UHGV virus genome: UHGV-0173177
Source: a virus
Length of the DNA stretch: 44,360 bases
Strand: one strand, 5' to 3'
Part shown: one piece after another, positions 8,601-18,734 of the stretch
Layout of the letters: every line of letters begins with the position of its first letter
Numbering within the stretch: position 1 is the first letter of the stretch
The notes under the pieces: model-generated
What the model was told of the DNA's origin: nothing
The model's input: only the letters and a program-made list of their open reading frames with translations
Database searches by the model: none
Program-made: the position numbers and the translations under genes

Positions 8601-10012
8601 TGAGCGACTTATATTTCCCACGTAGCCTTAAGCCAGTGGTATCGAAAGGCTACTCAATGACCAGACGCAACAACGTCTGGAGCGTCGATTTAGCCGGTGG
8701 CGGGGTGCGTCAGGGGCGTGACACGTATTACGACGTGTTTCCGATAAGCGTAACCCTGATTACATCTGCACTAGGGCGGCAGGCGTTCCTGTCGTTCCTC
8801 GAAAAAGTCGATGGTGGTGCGTCAAGTTTCTGGATGGCGCACGACTTCGGCATGGGCATCGAGGATTATCAGGTAACAATCACGTCAACCATCGCCGAGT
8901 CCACAGAAGATGGGATTAACTGGACAATCACTTTCACAGCAACCGCCGAGAAATCCCCGTTCCAGAACCTCGAGAATCAGTGCCTGATTAACAATCTGCC
9001 AGATTTGTATGGTTGCTACGGGGATTGTCTGGGTAGTTTCCTGAAAATATACGCGAACTATGAGACTACGTTCCCGCGCATCTGGAGCGATGAAGGGCCC
9101 GCAGGATACCCGCCGATTAACCTTCTGGCGTCCGCCCTGGATAGCCGCATTGTGTACGACGGGCCGCAGGTTTATTACATCAACCGCAACGGCAATCTTG
9201 TGCAATCAGCCACTAATGAATGGCCCCTAACATTTATTGATGGTGTTGCCGTTGGGCGTGTGCCGCCAGAAAACGCTGCTACAAATTTACTCTATAAATC
9301 TGAGGATTATTCTATTCAAGACGGCGCCTGGAGTAGCGTAAGGGTTAGCGTAAACTACGGCGAAACTGAGGCGCCTACAGGAGAGAATACCGCAGGAAAA
9401 GTTACACCAACAACTGATAACAACACCCATACAATTATACAGACTATTACACCGGACGGTAATTCTGAATATGTGCTATCAGTATTTCTCAAGAGTAACG
9501 GCTACACCAACGCTATGGTTCAGATAGGCATCTTCGCAAGCCAAACAGCGCGCAACGTGGTACATGTAGATTTATCAAATGGGGTTATCACTTCGGCCTC
9601 CGATAGTAGCCGCTGTGGCATTCATATAATCGGCGACGGTTGGTACCGGGTGTGGACGAGAGTATCCACCATTGAATCCCCCACGACAATAAATGCTTCG
9701 GTATACGTAGCCGGTACCCGCGGTAATACTTCATTTGCGGGAGACGGTGTTAGTGCTATATCAGTTTTTGGCGCCCAAATGGAGAAATCTACCAATTCAT
9801 CGTCGTATGTTAAAACCGAAGAAAATTTAATTACACGCCCCGCGGCATCGGCAAAAGTAGCCATGAATGGTGCGACAAGCATCGACATTACATACTCTGA
9901 TGGTTCCACCGTAAACGTGCCCGCAGTAGATAACTACGCCACCATCCCCCAAGCGGATTCGGCGTGGGGTAGTAAATATATCACCCGTATTGATTTTAAT
10001 GTGGACGGTTAA
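8600..10012 (+). CDS. minor tail protein with lambda gpM-like N-terminal domain and long C-terminal extension
   Basis: N-terminal ~110 aa (…AFLSFLEKVDGGASSFWM…) recalls the gpM family; the remaining ~360 aa is an extension; TAATG coupling to the tape measure gene. Confidence 0.5.
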   Translation: MSDLYFPRSLKPVVSKGYSMTRRNNVWSVDLAGGGVRQGRDTYYDVFPISVTLITSALGRQAFLSFLEKVDGGASSFWMAHDFGMGIEDYQVTITSTIAESTEDGINWTITFTATAEKSPFQNLENQCLINNLPDLYGCYGDCLGSFLKIYANYETTFPRIWSDEGPAGYPPINLLASALDSRIVYDGPQVYYINRNGNLVQSATNEWPLTFIDGVAVGRVPPENAATNLLYKSEDYSIQDGAWSSVRVSVNYGETEAPTGENTAGKVTPTTDNNTHTIIQTITPDGNSEYVLSVFLKSNGYTNAMVQIGIFASQTARNVVHVDLSNGVITSASDSSRCGIHIIGDGWYRVWTRVSTIESPTTINASVYVAGTRGNTSFAGDGVSAISVFGAQMEKSTNSSSYVKTEENLITRPAASAKVAMNGATSIDITYSDGSTVNVPAVDNYATIPQADSAWGSKYITRIDFNVDG

Positions 10013-10015
10013 CTT

Positions 10016-10531
10016 ATGAGCCAGGAATCAGTAGAAGCAGCCTACCGCCGTAAGCTGGCGTCTAACCCGGACGGCGAGATGGATTACATCACGTTGCAAA
10101 TCAGCCATCCGTTGCTGTCAAAGACGTATTATCTTGTGCGCGGGCTACAGGAACTTACGGCAACACTGGAGACAGGCGAAACAATAACATTCGAGCCAAC
10201 CCCGATGGAGGCGTCGGGAGCGGCTAACAACAGTGATATGGACCAGACTACGACGTTTACTTTACCGGATATCCTCAATCAACTGGATGATGAGATGGAT
10301 AAAATCCCGATGAGCAATACTGAGTTGCCTAAGTTCGTCTTCCGTCGTTATGTCAGCACCGACCTGTCTTACCCGGCTGACGGCCCTGTCGTGTACGAGT
10401 TACAGGCCATCCACCAGGAGAAGGGCGAGTTCTCCGCGGATGTCGGTACACCTATGCTGAACCAACGAAGCACTGGTATACTGATGACACCTAAAGAGAT
10501 ACCGTTATTACGCGGCCTGTTGACAACATGA
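10016..10531 (+). CDS. minor tail protein (gpL-like position)
   Basis: 171-aa ORF between the gpM-like and gpK-like genes; call rests on gene order and size. Confidence 0.4.
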   Translation: MSQESVEAAYRRKLASNPDGEMDYITLQISHPLLSKTYYLVRGLQELTATLETGETITFEPTPMEASGAANNSDMDQTTTFTLPDILNQLDDEMDKIPMSNTELPKFVFRRYVSTDLSYPADGPVVYELQAIHQEKGEFSADVGTPMLNQRSTGILMTPKEIPLLRGLLTT

Positions 10532-10893
10532 ATATTAACGACTACACGGGCATACCTTACGACTTTCGCAAGCGCAATTGCTGGCATCATGTGCGAATTG
10601 TGCGGGCGGATGCCGGGTTAGAAACCCCGGCGTTCGACGTCACAAGCCCAACGGCAATTAATGAAGCGTTCGACGAAGGACATCGCAACACGAAGGGGCT
10701 TACGAAAATAGATAAGCCTGAAAACTTCTGTGCGGTGCTTATGGGGTATCGCCGTGGTGGTCGTATCGTGTGGCACGCAGGAGTTTACTTCGACGGGATG
10801 GTTAGCCATTGCGAGCTTGCTTCTCGTCAGGTACGGCTTGACAGGCTGGCGGACCTCAGAGACACGTACACGGAGATTGAATTTTGGCGATAA
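10528..10893 (+). CDS. tail assembly protein, gpK-like, with possible NlpC/P60-type Cys/His motifs
   Basis: 121 aa; Cys in RNCWHHVR and His in WHAGVY; ATGA coupling to the upstream gene. Confidence 0.45.
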   Translation: MNINDYTGIPYDFRKRNCWHHVRIVRADAGLETPAFDVTSPTAINEAFDEGHRNTKGLTKIDKPENFCAVLMGYRRGGRIVWHAGVYFDGMVSHCELASRQVRLDRLADLRDTYTEIEFWR

Positions 10894-13439
10894 TCCTGCA
10901 CTACACGCGAAACGCTGATGGCGCTTTCGACCGTACAAAACACGTCGGGATGCCGATGGAGTTTGTCGTTAACCGTATCCCGGACGGCGTGCCGGTGCGC
11001 GTCTACCTCGGCGAAATTGGTGATGATACCGACGTAACTGACGACTTCGACGCACTCAAAGACGAAGACGCCGTGTACCACATTATAGAGGGTGCTGGTA
11101 GCGGGGCGCTTGGTGCCGTTAGTAAGGTGTTTGGTTTTATCCTTAAGCCAATCGCTAAGTTGTTTGGTCTGAACATGTCCGCAAACGCCAACTATACGGC
11201 GACTAACAACCAGACAACATCACCAAATAACAGCCTCACAGACCGCTCAAACAAACCACGCCCTTACGAGCGCTCCTATGACATCTGCGGGACCGTGCAG
11301 ACGATCCCTAATGACCTGATGCGGACGTATAAGGCGTTCAACTCCACTGGTGCTTTGCTGGAATATTCGTACTATGACGCAGGGCGCGGACATCTGCATA
11401 TTGAGGCTGATGGCGTCACAGAGGGCGACACCCTGATAAGCGACATCACAGGTTCCTCTGTTGCCATATATGCACCGTATACGTCACTGAACAACACCAC
11501 ATCGCCGCAACTACAAATCGGCGACGTCATTGACCAGAAACTCTATGTGACATACTCCAACGACGACGTTGACGGTATTGTACTGAAAGCACCAAACGAC
11601 ATCGGGGCCAACCCAAGCTCCGGTGGAACCGCCAAACGTATTTCGACCACCGGCTACCTATATGACCCGTCGGGTGATTCTGCTTTTTCTGAGTTTCTTA
11701 GTGTTGGTGATGTCGCAGTGTTGAGCAATTTCGACGTTAAGGACGTCACTAACCTAAACGGCTCGTTTGAAGTTTTATACGTCGACGACTTTGAGGTTCG
11801 GTTGTACGTCGGGGATATAGGTAACTGGGGCAATCTTAATAACGGAGAGACTTACGCACTTACAGAGCGTTCTGACACGTTTATCGCCCCGAGCAACACC
11901 TATGACGTATCTCTTACGGACTGGTATTACATGGTGCGCGGAGAGGTTGACCGGGTGCTTGCTAACGTTGCCGGGCAGAACGGCCTCTACAAATACGACG
12001 GGGGCTATAACCGCACCAGTGTAACGGTGGAACTCCAGTACCAGATGATTGACTCCCAACGCAACCCTTTGAGCGACATTTACACGGTACAGGCTACAAT
12101 TACAGGCAACAGTACGGATTACGTCGGTACGTCTATCTACGGGCAGTTGCCGACCGCGTCTCGTTTCCGCGCCCGCATGCGCCGTATAACTAATTTCGAC
12201 AAGGACTACGACGGTACAGTAAGCGACGAGATAACGTTCATCAACCTGTACGGTCAGTCACTGGACACTACCCCGCATTACGGCAACCGAACTACAGTAC
12301 ATTGCGCCCGTAAACAGACACCACGCGCCGCCAGTATCGATAACCCTGAACTGCGCATGATTGCTACAGAGATGTGCTATAAATACCTCGGCAATGGGGT
12401 ATTCGATACAGTAATGTCGCCAAACACTCAGGCCGTGCAGTCGCTAATCAGACTGGCTCGCGACCCGGCGGTGGGCAATCTGGAACTGACAACGGCAAAC
12501 ATGGATAAGTTGCTTGCCGTGCAGGAAGAAATTGAGTCCTATTTTGGCAGTGAATTAGCCGGACAATTCTGCTACACGTTCGACGACTACGATACCACGA
12601 TGCAGGACATAGTTCAGACCATAGCGGAAGCCGTATTCTGTACTGCGTACCGCAAAGGTGCAGATATTATGCTGCGATTCGACCGTCCGGTTGCGGGGCC
12701 TGAAATGGTGTTCACCCACCGCAGTAAGACGACCGGTACGGAGAAATGGACACGCACGTTCAATGATTCGACAACCTACGATAGCTTGTCGTTCTCGTAC
12801 ATCGACCCGGATACTAACGTACAGGAAACGATTTATATCCCGGAAGAACTCGGCGCAAACACCGAGGAATACGAATCGAAGGGCGTACGTAACTATCAGC
12901 AGGCGTATTGGCTGGCGTGGCGGCGCTACCAACGCAACGCGTTAAGTAAAGTTGTCGTAGAGTTTGAAGCTACCGAAGAAGGTGCGCTCGCTACCCCAGG
13001 CGGCGTAATCAGCGTTGTTAAAGGTTCACGTATTGCGCCGCAGGATGGTTATGTTGTTGCCGTTAATGGGCTCACACTTACGCTGTCACAGCCAGTTACG
13101 TTCACACCCGGCGACGACCACTCAATCATCCTCAAGAAGCGCGATGGCTCCGTGCAGAGTATCTCGGTTATCAAAGGAAGCCACGACCGCGAGGTGATTA
13201 TGCTATCCGCGCCAGAGGAAGCGATTTATACCGGGAATAGCGCACTAAAAACTGAGTTTTCATTCGGCAACGAAGCAAGGCATAATGCACAGAGGATAGT
13301 TGTCTCTTCAATAGACCCTGGTGATGACCGCACGGTTAAGATTACAGGTTACAACTATGACGAAGGTTTCTACAAATACGACGGCGTCGCGCCTTTCGGT
13401 CGCGGTTTCTCCGACGGATTCAGCAACGGTTTTTATTAA
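10884..13439 (+). CDS. tail tip / central fibre host-specificity protein (gpJ-like)
   Basis: ~850-aa ORF after the M/L/K-like genes; track start is a TTG overlapping the upstream stop; first in-frame ATG is at 10950. Confidence 0.5.
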   Translation: MAIILHYTRNADGAFDRTKHVGMPMEFVVNRIPDGVPVRVYLGEIGDDTDVTDDFDALKDEDAVYHIIEGAGSGALGAVSKVFGFILKPIAKLFGLNMSANANYTATNNQTTSPNNSLTDRSNKPRPYERSYDICGTVQTIPNDLMRTYKAFNSTGALLEYSYYDAGRGHLHIEADGVTEGDTLISDITGSSVAIYAPYTSLNNTTSPQLQIGDVIDQKLYVTYSNDDVDGIVLKAPNDIGANPSSGGTAKRISTTGYLYDPSGDSAFSEFLSVGDVAVLSNFDVKDVTNLNGSFEVLYVDDFEVRLYVGDIGNWGNLNNGETYALTERSDTFIAPSNTYDVSLTDWYYMVRGEVDRVLANVAGQNGLYKYDGGYNRTSVTVELQYQMIDSQRNPLSDIYTVQATITGNSTDYVGTSIYGQLPTASRFRARMRRITNFDKDYDGTVSDEITFINLYGQSLDTTPHYGNRTTVHCARKQTPRAASIDNPELRMIATEMCYKYLGNGVFDTVMSPNTQAVQSLIRLARDPAVGNLELTTANMDKLLAVQEEIESYFGSELAGQFCYTFDDYDTTMQDIVQTIAEAVFCTAYRKGADIMLRFDRPVAGPEMVFTHRSKTTGTEKWTRTFNDSTTYDSLSFSYIDPDTNVQETIYIPEELGANTEEYESKGVRNYQQAYWLAWRRYQRNALSKVVVEFEATEEGALATPGGVISVVKGSRIAPQDGYVVAVNGLTLTLSQPVTFTPGDDHSIILKKRDGSVQSISVIKGSHDREVIMLSAPEEAIYTGNSALKTEFSFGNEARHNAQRIVVSSIDPGDDRTVKITGYNYDEGFYKYDGVAPFGRGFSDGFSNGFY

Positions 13440-13451
13440 AGAGGATTCTAT

Positions 13452-15689
13452 ATGTCAAGCGGATGCGGTGACGTTTTAAGCCTGGCGGATTTACAAACCG
13501 CCAAGAAGCACCAGATTTTCGAAGCTGAGGTTATCACCGGTAAATCCGGCGGTGTTGCTACGGGTGCTGATATCGATTACGCGACAAATCAGGTTACTGG
13601 GCAGACACAGAAGACGTTACCTGCCGTGTTGCGTGATGCTGGTTTTTCTCCTGTATCGTGGGACTTTTCTACAGGCGGTACGTTAACAGTTAATGACCGC
13701 GACAAAGTGGTGTACGACCCTGTAAGTAAAACGTGGTACTCGTACGCGGGGACGTTACCAGTTACAGTTCCCGCGAGTTTTAATCCTGTAGGTAACGCTA
13801 ACTGGAGGCCACAGACCGATCCTAATTTACGTGGTGAGTTATCCATCATTGAAAACATAGCTGAGCTTATGTCTAAAACGCCAAACCCAGAACTCACGTA
13901 CACCGTGAAAGGCTATGCCCCAGGTACGACTTTCGGCGGGGGCATTTTCTACTGGGACGCCACCCTCCCTAAGTCACAACACAACGGCATCACTGTATTT
14001 AGTCCAACGGTGCCATGGGACGGAACCTACACCACTCTCGCGACCTTCTTAGCTGGCACAGGGGAAACCACCCCATCCGGCAGCGGATGCTGGGTCCGTA
14101 TGCAGAACAGCCGCGACATGCTCGTTTCTTGGGGCGGCGTTGACATCACAGGGACGAACGTTGCGGACGCCGCTGTAACCGCTGTTATTAAGTATGCTAA
14201 TACGGTCAAGCGTTCTGTTAGATTTGACTCTGGTGCAAATATTAAATGGGGCTTCTCTACCCTTGTCCAGCACTTTGACAAGTTCAATCGTAATGTGCAA
14301 TGTTCTGTTGTTCTGGAGAATATCAGCGGGATTAAGGTTTACGCGGAGAATGACGTTGAGTTCAACACTGACCACCCTACTTATGCGGAGCGTGTTGTCT
14401 TTCGCCTTAAAAACTGTAGCGAAGTAGAATTCTCTGGATTCAACTTCAACTCCAATTTCACCGACTATTCGACGACGACATCGGACACTACGTACAAGCC
14501 CCAAGAATGGTGGCAGGGCTTCACGGCCGAAGGTTGTTCTAATCTAGAAATCACTAAGCATCACGTTAATGCGTGCCAAGTATTTGTAGGGGCTGATTGT
14601 ACAAACTTAGCAGCAAACCTTCATAACATAGATATTCATGTTACAGATAACATGTTTAAGTATGTAACGAATTACTGCGTTATTTCCAGAAACATAAATC
14701 TGGTTGAATTCAGCCGCAACAAGGTTTCATTTAATGGGCGTAACTGGCACACATTCGGAGAGGCGTTCGCCCCTACGACAGGCTCCCTTAATATAATTGC
14801 CAAAGATAACATTTTTACTAACCAAATTGCGCAGCAGTCGTGTATTACGCCAACTCTGGGCGCTTCATCTGTAACTATTCAAGGTAATTATTGCCGTCGA
14901 CATTATGGTATTTTTGTCGAACTCGGTAGTTCGAGCAATGTGTTAATTTCAGGTAACACATCAATAAGTACTGGCGAACGTGCGGATACACCACACATTC
15001 TTATGGTTGGAGAGGTAGACGGCAACCCGGCGGGAGGTCTTTCAAACGTCAACATTACTGCAAACTATTTTGAGGGTGGTGGTTTTGCCGTTCAAGAATA
15101 CAATACCGGGTCTGCATTGCGCAGGGGTTTCAGTATAACTAACAACCATATGGTTGACTGCAAGTTACCCGCCATAACCAACCAATCTTACATTGGCGTG
15201 ACTGTTCGCGGTAACTATATGGAAGCACCCACTAACTTTCCTGATTTAGCTATCGCAGGACAGAGGCCTGTTATAGACGGTAACATGTTTGTTGGCGTTA
15301 GGGTGCGTGCAAGAGATTTAGGGTATAGCGTAATAGCTCCTAAGGTAACCAACAACGTATGGAGAGCAAACTCCATAGGGGAATCATATCCAGCACTTAT
15401 CGACTATACCGAATTCACCGCATTAGTGGCGGATGGCAACGACTCAACAGCAGCGGCGTACACGGACTTCATTGTCCACCCTTTAAATTGTAATAATGTA
15501 GGGTTCCGCAGAGTAGGCCATACTGAAGGGTTTACTGTCAGCCCTACTGCAAGATTTGGAGCCAAGCTCACTGATGCCAGAGTAGGTGATTTTGTAGCTA
15601 ATTCGTCCCCTACAGCATCTGGTGCTTATGCGTGGGTATGCGTTAGCCAATCAACAAAAGCGTTCAGTTCTATCGCATTGCGCGCATAA
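13452..15689 (+). CDS. tailspike / receptor-binding protein with probable beta-helix domain
   Basis: 745 aa, GAGGA RBS, last structural gene before a strong terminator; Asn/Gly/Thr/Val-rich repetitive middle region. Confidence 0.5.
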   Translation: MSSGCGDVLSLADLQTAKKHQIFEAEVITGKSGGVATGADIDYATNQVTGQTQKTLPAVLRDAGFSPVSWDFSTGGTLTVNDRDKVVYDPVSKTWYSYAGTLPVTVPASFNPVGNANWRPQTDPNLRGELSIIENIAELMSKTPNPELTYTVKGYAPGTTFGGGIFYWDATLPKSQHNGITVFSPTVPWDGTYTTLATFLAGTGETTPSGSGCWVRMQNSRDMLVSWGGVDITGTNVADAAVTAVIKYANTVKRSVRFDSGANIKWGFSTLVQHFDKFNRNVQCSVVLENISGIKVYAENDVEFNTDHPTYAERVVFRLKNCSEVEFSGFNFNSNFTDYSTTTSDTTYKPQEWWQGFTAEGCSNLEITKHHVNACQVFVGADCTNLAANLHNIDIHVTDNMFKYVTNYCVISRNINLVEFSRNKVSFNGRNWHTFGEAFAPTTGSLNIIAKDNIFTNQIAQQSCITPTLGASSVTIQGNYCRRHYGIFVELGSSSNVLISGNTSISTGERADTPHILMVGEVDGNPAGGLSNVNITANYFEGGGFAVQEYNTGSALRRGFSITNNHMVDCKLPAITNQSYIGVTVRGNYMEAPTNFPDLAIAGQRPVIDGNMFVGVRVRARDLGYSVIAPKVTNNVWRANSIGESYPALIDYTEFTALVADGNDSTAAAYTDFIVHPLNCNNVGFRRVGHTEGFTVSPTARFGAKLTDARVGDFVANSSPTASGAYAWVCVSQSTKAFSSIALRA

Positions 15690-15693
15690 AACT

Positions 15694-15717
15694 AAGGCCC
15701 CTAACGGGGCCTTTTTC
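15694..15717 (+). terminator. intrinsic terminator (copy 2 of a reiterated module), probably bidirectional
   Basis: AAGGCCCC-TAAC-GGGGCCTTTTTCTT; the flanking 36 bp almost match the terminator at 3183-3218; the convergent - strand ORF ends at 15718. Confidence 0.7.
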
Positions 15718-15855
15718 TTACTCTTCTGATAACTTCTCCAGTACAAACGCCAGTTGCGCATTAGCGGCATATCTTTGCTGGCGTAGGCGTAGAACCTCCT
15801 CCTCGAGTTCCTTGATACGTTTTTGCAATGCTGGAATCGGGGCTATGATGTTCAT
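15718..15855 (-). CDS. small coiled-coil protein (45 aa)
   Basis: Hand-translated ORF MNIIAPIPALQKRIKELEEEVLRLRQQ...; ATGA overlap with the upstream TOPRIM gene; below the track cutoff. Confidence 0.3.
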   Translation of the reverse strand: MNIIAPIPALQKRIKELEEEVLRLRQQRYAANAQLAFVLEKLSEE

Positions 15856-16367
15856 CTGGTAAATTTCCTCGCAAGATACGTTATTTCTTCTTCACAAAGT
15901 TCATCGAGGTCGTTAGATACAAATCCTCTGGTGAATGTTTTGCTGAACTTTAAGCCCGCTTTATCATTGTCACCGGCGCACACCCATTCATACGGCAAAA
16001 GTGACATTTGCTGCCGTAAGTCAGCTGGTATGTTCGACCCCAATGCGCTAACTGCATTAAACCCGCAATTCATCAAAGCAACAGCTTTAAATATGCTTTC
16101 GGTAACAAATACCACCCCGCTACTTGGCAAATACTCAAGTCCCCATAAACACGGCCTTGTTGTTCGGGTAAAGTACCGCGCATCCTTTGGGTTCTTGCAG
16201 TTCTTTTCAGCATGTGGCTTGTAATGCTGGTACCCGCGTAGCTTACCGTCAAAACCCCACAGGTAAAACGTAGCTACTCCAGGGCCTAAGACTACACGTA
16301 AACGGTCCGCGTCAAAACCTCGTGACAGCAGATGCGCCTTAAGTAGTAACTCCTCGCCGTCCATCAT
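15852..16367 (-). CDS. TOPRIM-domain protein (primase-like)
   Basis: 171 aa with VFVTESIFKA (conserved Glu) and CAGDNDKAG (DxD), spaced as in TOPRIM folds. Confidence 0.5.
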   Translation of the reverse strand: MMDGEELLLKAHLLSRGFDADRLRVVLGPGVATFYLWGFDGKLRGYQHYKPHAEKNCKNPKDARYFTRTTRPCLWGLEYLPSSGVVFVTESIFKAVALMNCGFNAVSALGSNIPADLRQQMSLLPYEWVCAGDNDKAGLKFSKTFTRGFVSNDLDELCEEEITYLARKFTR

Positions 16368-17788
16368 TTCTTACCTCGTCTCTTCATGTAATTAAGCAAC
16401 TCTTCCTGTACCGATTTCTTCTCGTCCGTACGCGCGGCAACAACCTCATCCAGTGTGTCTTTAGCGACGATGTGATAGAGGAACACCGGGCGCTCGTGCC
16501 CCGCCTGCTTCTGGCGAACAGGGCCTATGCGCTCGACAACCTGCAAATAGTGTTCAAGGTTCCAGCCTTGTGAGATGAACGCCAGATGATGCCCGCCGTC
16601 CTGTAAATTCAAACCATGACCGGCTGACGCAGGGTGCACGCATAAAATCTCGATTTCACCACGGTTCCATGCTTCCATCTGCTTGTTCCCCTTAGCGCCT
16701 TTGGCGAACGCCTGTGCCTGTGGGAATCGCTTAAGGATACGCTCCAGTTCGTGTTTAAACTGATAGGCTACCAGCAACGGCTCACCCTGCAACTCCTCAA
16801 CAATCGACTCGAGCGCATCCAGTTTCGTGTCGTGCACTTTCTCCCAGTCTTTGGTCGCTTCGCCATCCGGCCCTGACACATACACGGCACCGGATGCAAT
16901 CTGCAAACATTTCGACGTCTTCGCCGCGGCGTTAGCCGCTTCGACTTCTCCGCTCTCCAGCTCAGCGAATAACTTCTCCTCCATATCGATGTACGCCTGA
17001 CGCGCTTTCTTCGGCAGGTCGATTTCAACCGGCACAATAATCGGCGCTTCACAACCGAACCACTCGGCAGGGTCGATGGTCAGGCTGATGTCTTTCATCT
17101 TCTGATGAATTTCATTATCTGCACCTGGTCGCGCATGATATTCACGCGCCATAGCCGACTTACCTTTCTGTACCGAGTTAAACCAGCGGTCTGTGAATGC
17201 CGTATACGAAGAGCCGAGGCGCTCGCCAGCGTCGATAAACCAGTTCTGACCCCACAAGTCTTTGAGGCCGTTTGGTGACGGTGTGCCAGTCAGGTTGATG
17301 AAACGCTTAACCTTTCCGAACGCAACCTTGCTGAGCGCCTTTGCCCGCTTGCTACCACCCGAACGGCTGCGGAACGATTTAAGCTTCGTGCTTTCATCGG
17401 CAACGATAACCGTAAAAGGCCAGTCGTCTTTGCCGTAGTAGTCAATTAGCCACTCGATAACTTCGTAGTTAGTGCACACCACGTTAGCATCTGACTCCAG
17501 CGCCGCGATGCGGCGCTTCTCCGAACCAGTTGCATCTACGACACGCAGACAAGGGAATTGCCATTTCTCTTGTTCAGCGGGCCACGTACCGGACGCAACA
17601 CGTAACGGGGCAAGGATTAACACGCGGTCCTCTTCCGTAAGCTGCCCGTTGCGGAACAGGCGGTTGAGCACCCACATAGTGGAGGAGGTTTTACCTCCCC
17701 CCATTCCGCACCAGATATTACAGCGCGGGTGTTGCAGCATGAACGAAGTCATGAGCTTCTGGTATTCGCGCCTTTGAAACTTACTCAT
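16364..17788 (-). CDS. SNF2/DEAD-like superfamily 2 helicase
   Basis: 474 aa; Walker A CGMGGGKTSS, DExx-type IVADESTKLK, C-terminal helicase-domain-like region. Confidence 0.7.
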   Translation of the reverse strand: MSKFQRREYQKLMTSFMLQHPRCNIWCGMGGGKTSSTMWVLNRLFRNGQLTEEDRVLILAPLRVASGTWPAEQEKWQFPCLRVVDATGSEKRRIAALESDANVVCTNYEVIEWLIDYYGKDDWPFTVIVADESTKLKSFRSRSGGSKRAKALSKVAFGKVKRFINLTGTPSPNGLKDLWGQNWFIDAGERLGSSYTAFTDRWFNSVQKGKSAMAREYHARPGADNEIHQKMKDISLTIDPAEWFGCEAPIIVPVEIDLPKKARQAYIDMEEKLFAELESGEVEAANAAAKTSKCLQIASGAVYVSGPDGEATKDWEKVHDTKLDALESIVEELQGEPLLVAYQFKHELERILKRFPQAQAFAKGAKGNKQMEAWNRGEIEILCVHPASAGHGLNLQDGGHHLAFISQGWNLEHYLQVVERIGPVRQKQAGHERPVFLYHIVAKDTLDEVVAARTDEKKSVQEELLNYMKRRGKK

Positions 17789-18734
17789 TTACCGCCCCCA
17801 TGAATGCCTTTATAAATTCAGCGGCTACTTGCGGGACGATGGCATTGCCATAACCGCGCAATCGTCCCACTCTGGCGGGTATCCCATTAGCCAGCGGGAA
17901 TGCGCCGGGTTCAACTGGCCTGAATTTTCCATCCCGGCATCCGAGCCAGTCAGTATCTGACCAGAAGCCGTGATGCGGATTGGTTGTGTTATTTTCAGAC
18001 CCTGCTCCGTCGAGTAGTCCAGCCTGTCGAATGTTCTGTCTTTTCCGTCCTTGCGAATAACTGTCTCTCCGCTCCCTCTGTAATCGTTCGCTGTTGGGGT
18101 CGGCCATGCCAAAAGGTATTGTGCGTGCGTCGCCAGATTGCAATTCGCATTCGGTCTGTTGAAGCGTTTTTCCGCGTAGGCTTGTGGGTCTTTCGCTCTG
18201 CTGTTGTTGTCGTCCGCAACCGCTGGCGTCGGCCAGGTTGTGCGCGCCGAAGAACAGTCTGTCGCGTTTGTGCGGTGCGCCGACGCTACAAGCTGGGAGT
18301 ACGGCAAACCCGACGGCGTAGTCTTCTCCTTCCAGGTGAGTTTGTAAATCGCACATCCACGATTTTGCAATTGCTGGCGCAACCTGCTCCCCAAAGAGGA
18401 CTGGAGGTCGGCACTCGCTGATAAGGTCGAGGAACACAGGTGCGAGGTGTCTCTGGTCGAACTGTCCGAGTTGCTTTCCCGCCGCGCTAAACGGTTGGCA
18501 AGGCGGGCTTCCCGTCCAGAGAGGCGCATCTTCCGGAACTCCCGCAAGTCTGAGCGCGAGAGGCCAGCCGCCGATACCAGCGAAAAAATGACACTGGGTG
18601 AACCCGTCAAGGTCTTCTGGCTTAACTTCGGTAATGCTTCTTTCATCTACAACTCCAAAAGGTATGTGACCCTGTTTTATCAACTCACGCAGCCACGCGG
18701 CTGCGCCTTTATCCCATTCATTGTAATAGTTCAT
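17781..18734 (-). CDS. DNA (cytosine-5)-methyltransferase
   Basis: Motif I FFAGIGG, motif IV SPPCQPFS, LFGEQV (ENV-like), RDRLFF, C-terminal GNAIVPQV, in the canonical order. Confidence 0.65.
   Translation of the reverse strand: MNYYNEWDKGAAAWLRELIKQGHIPFGVVDERSITEVKPEDLDGFTQCHFFAGIGGWPLALRLAGVPEDAPLWTGSPPCQPFSAAGKQLGQFDQRHLAPVFLDLISECRPPVLFGEQVAPAIAKSWMCDLQTHLEGEDYAVGFAVLPACSVGAPHKRDRLFFGAHNLADASGCGRQQQQSERPTSLRGKTLQQTECELQSGDARTIPFGMADPNSERLQRERRDSYSQGRKRQNIRQAGLLDGAGSENNTTNPHHGFWSDTDWLGCRDGKFRPVEPGAFPLANGIPARVGRLRGYGNAIVPQVAAEFIKAFMGAVNE

Noticed and set aside
17825-18646. 273-aa - strand ORF overlapping the methyltransferase gene in another frame
   Set aside because: Same strand but alternative frame of the methyltransferase gene; the methyltransferase frame carries the ordered catalytic motifs, the alternative frame is Ser/Arg-rich and low-complexity.
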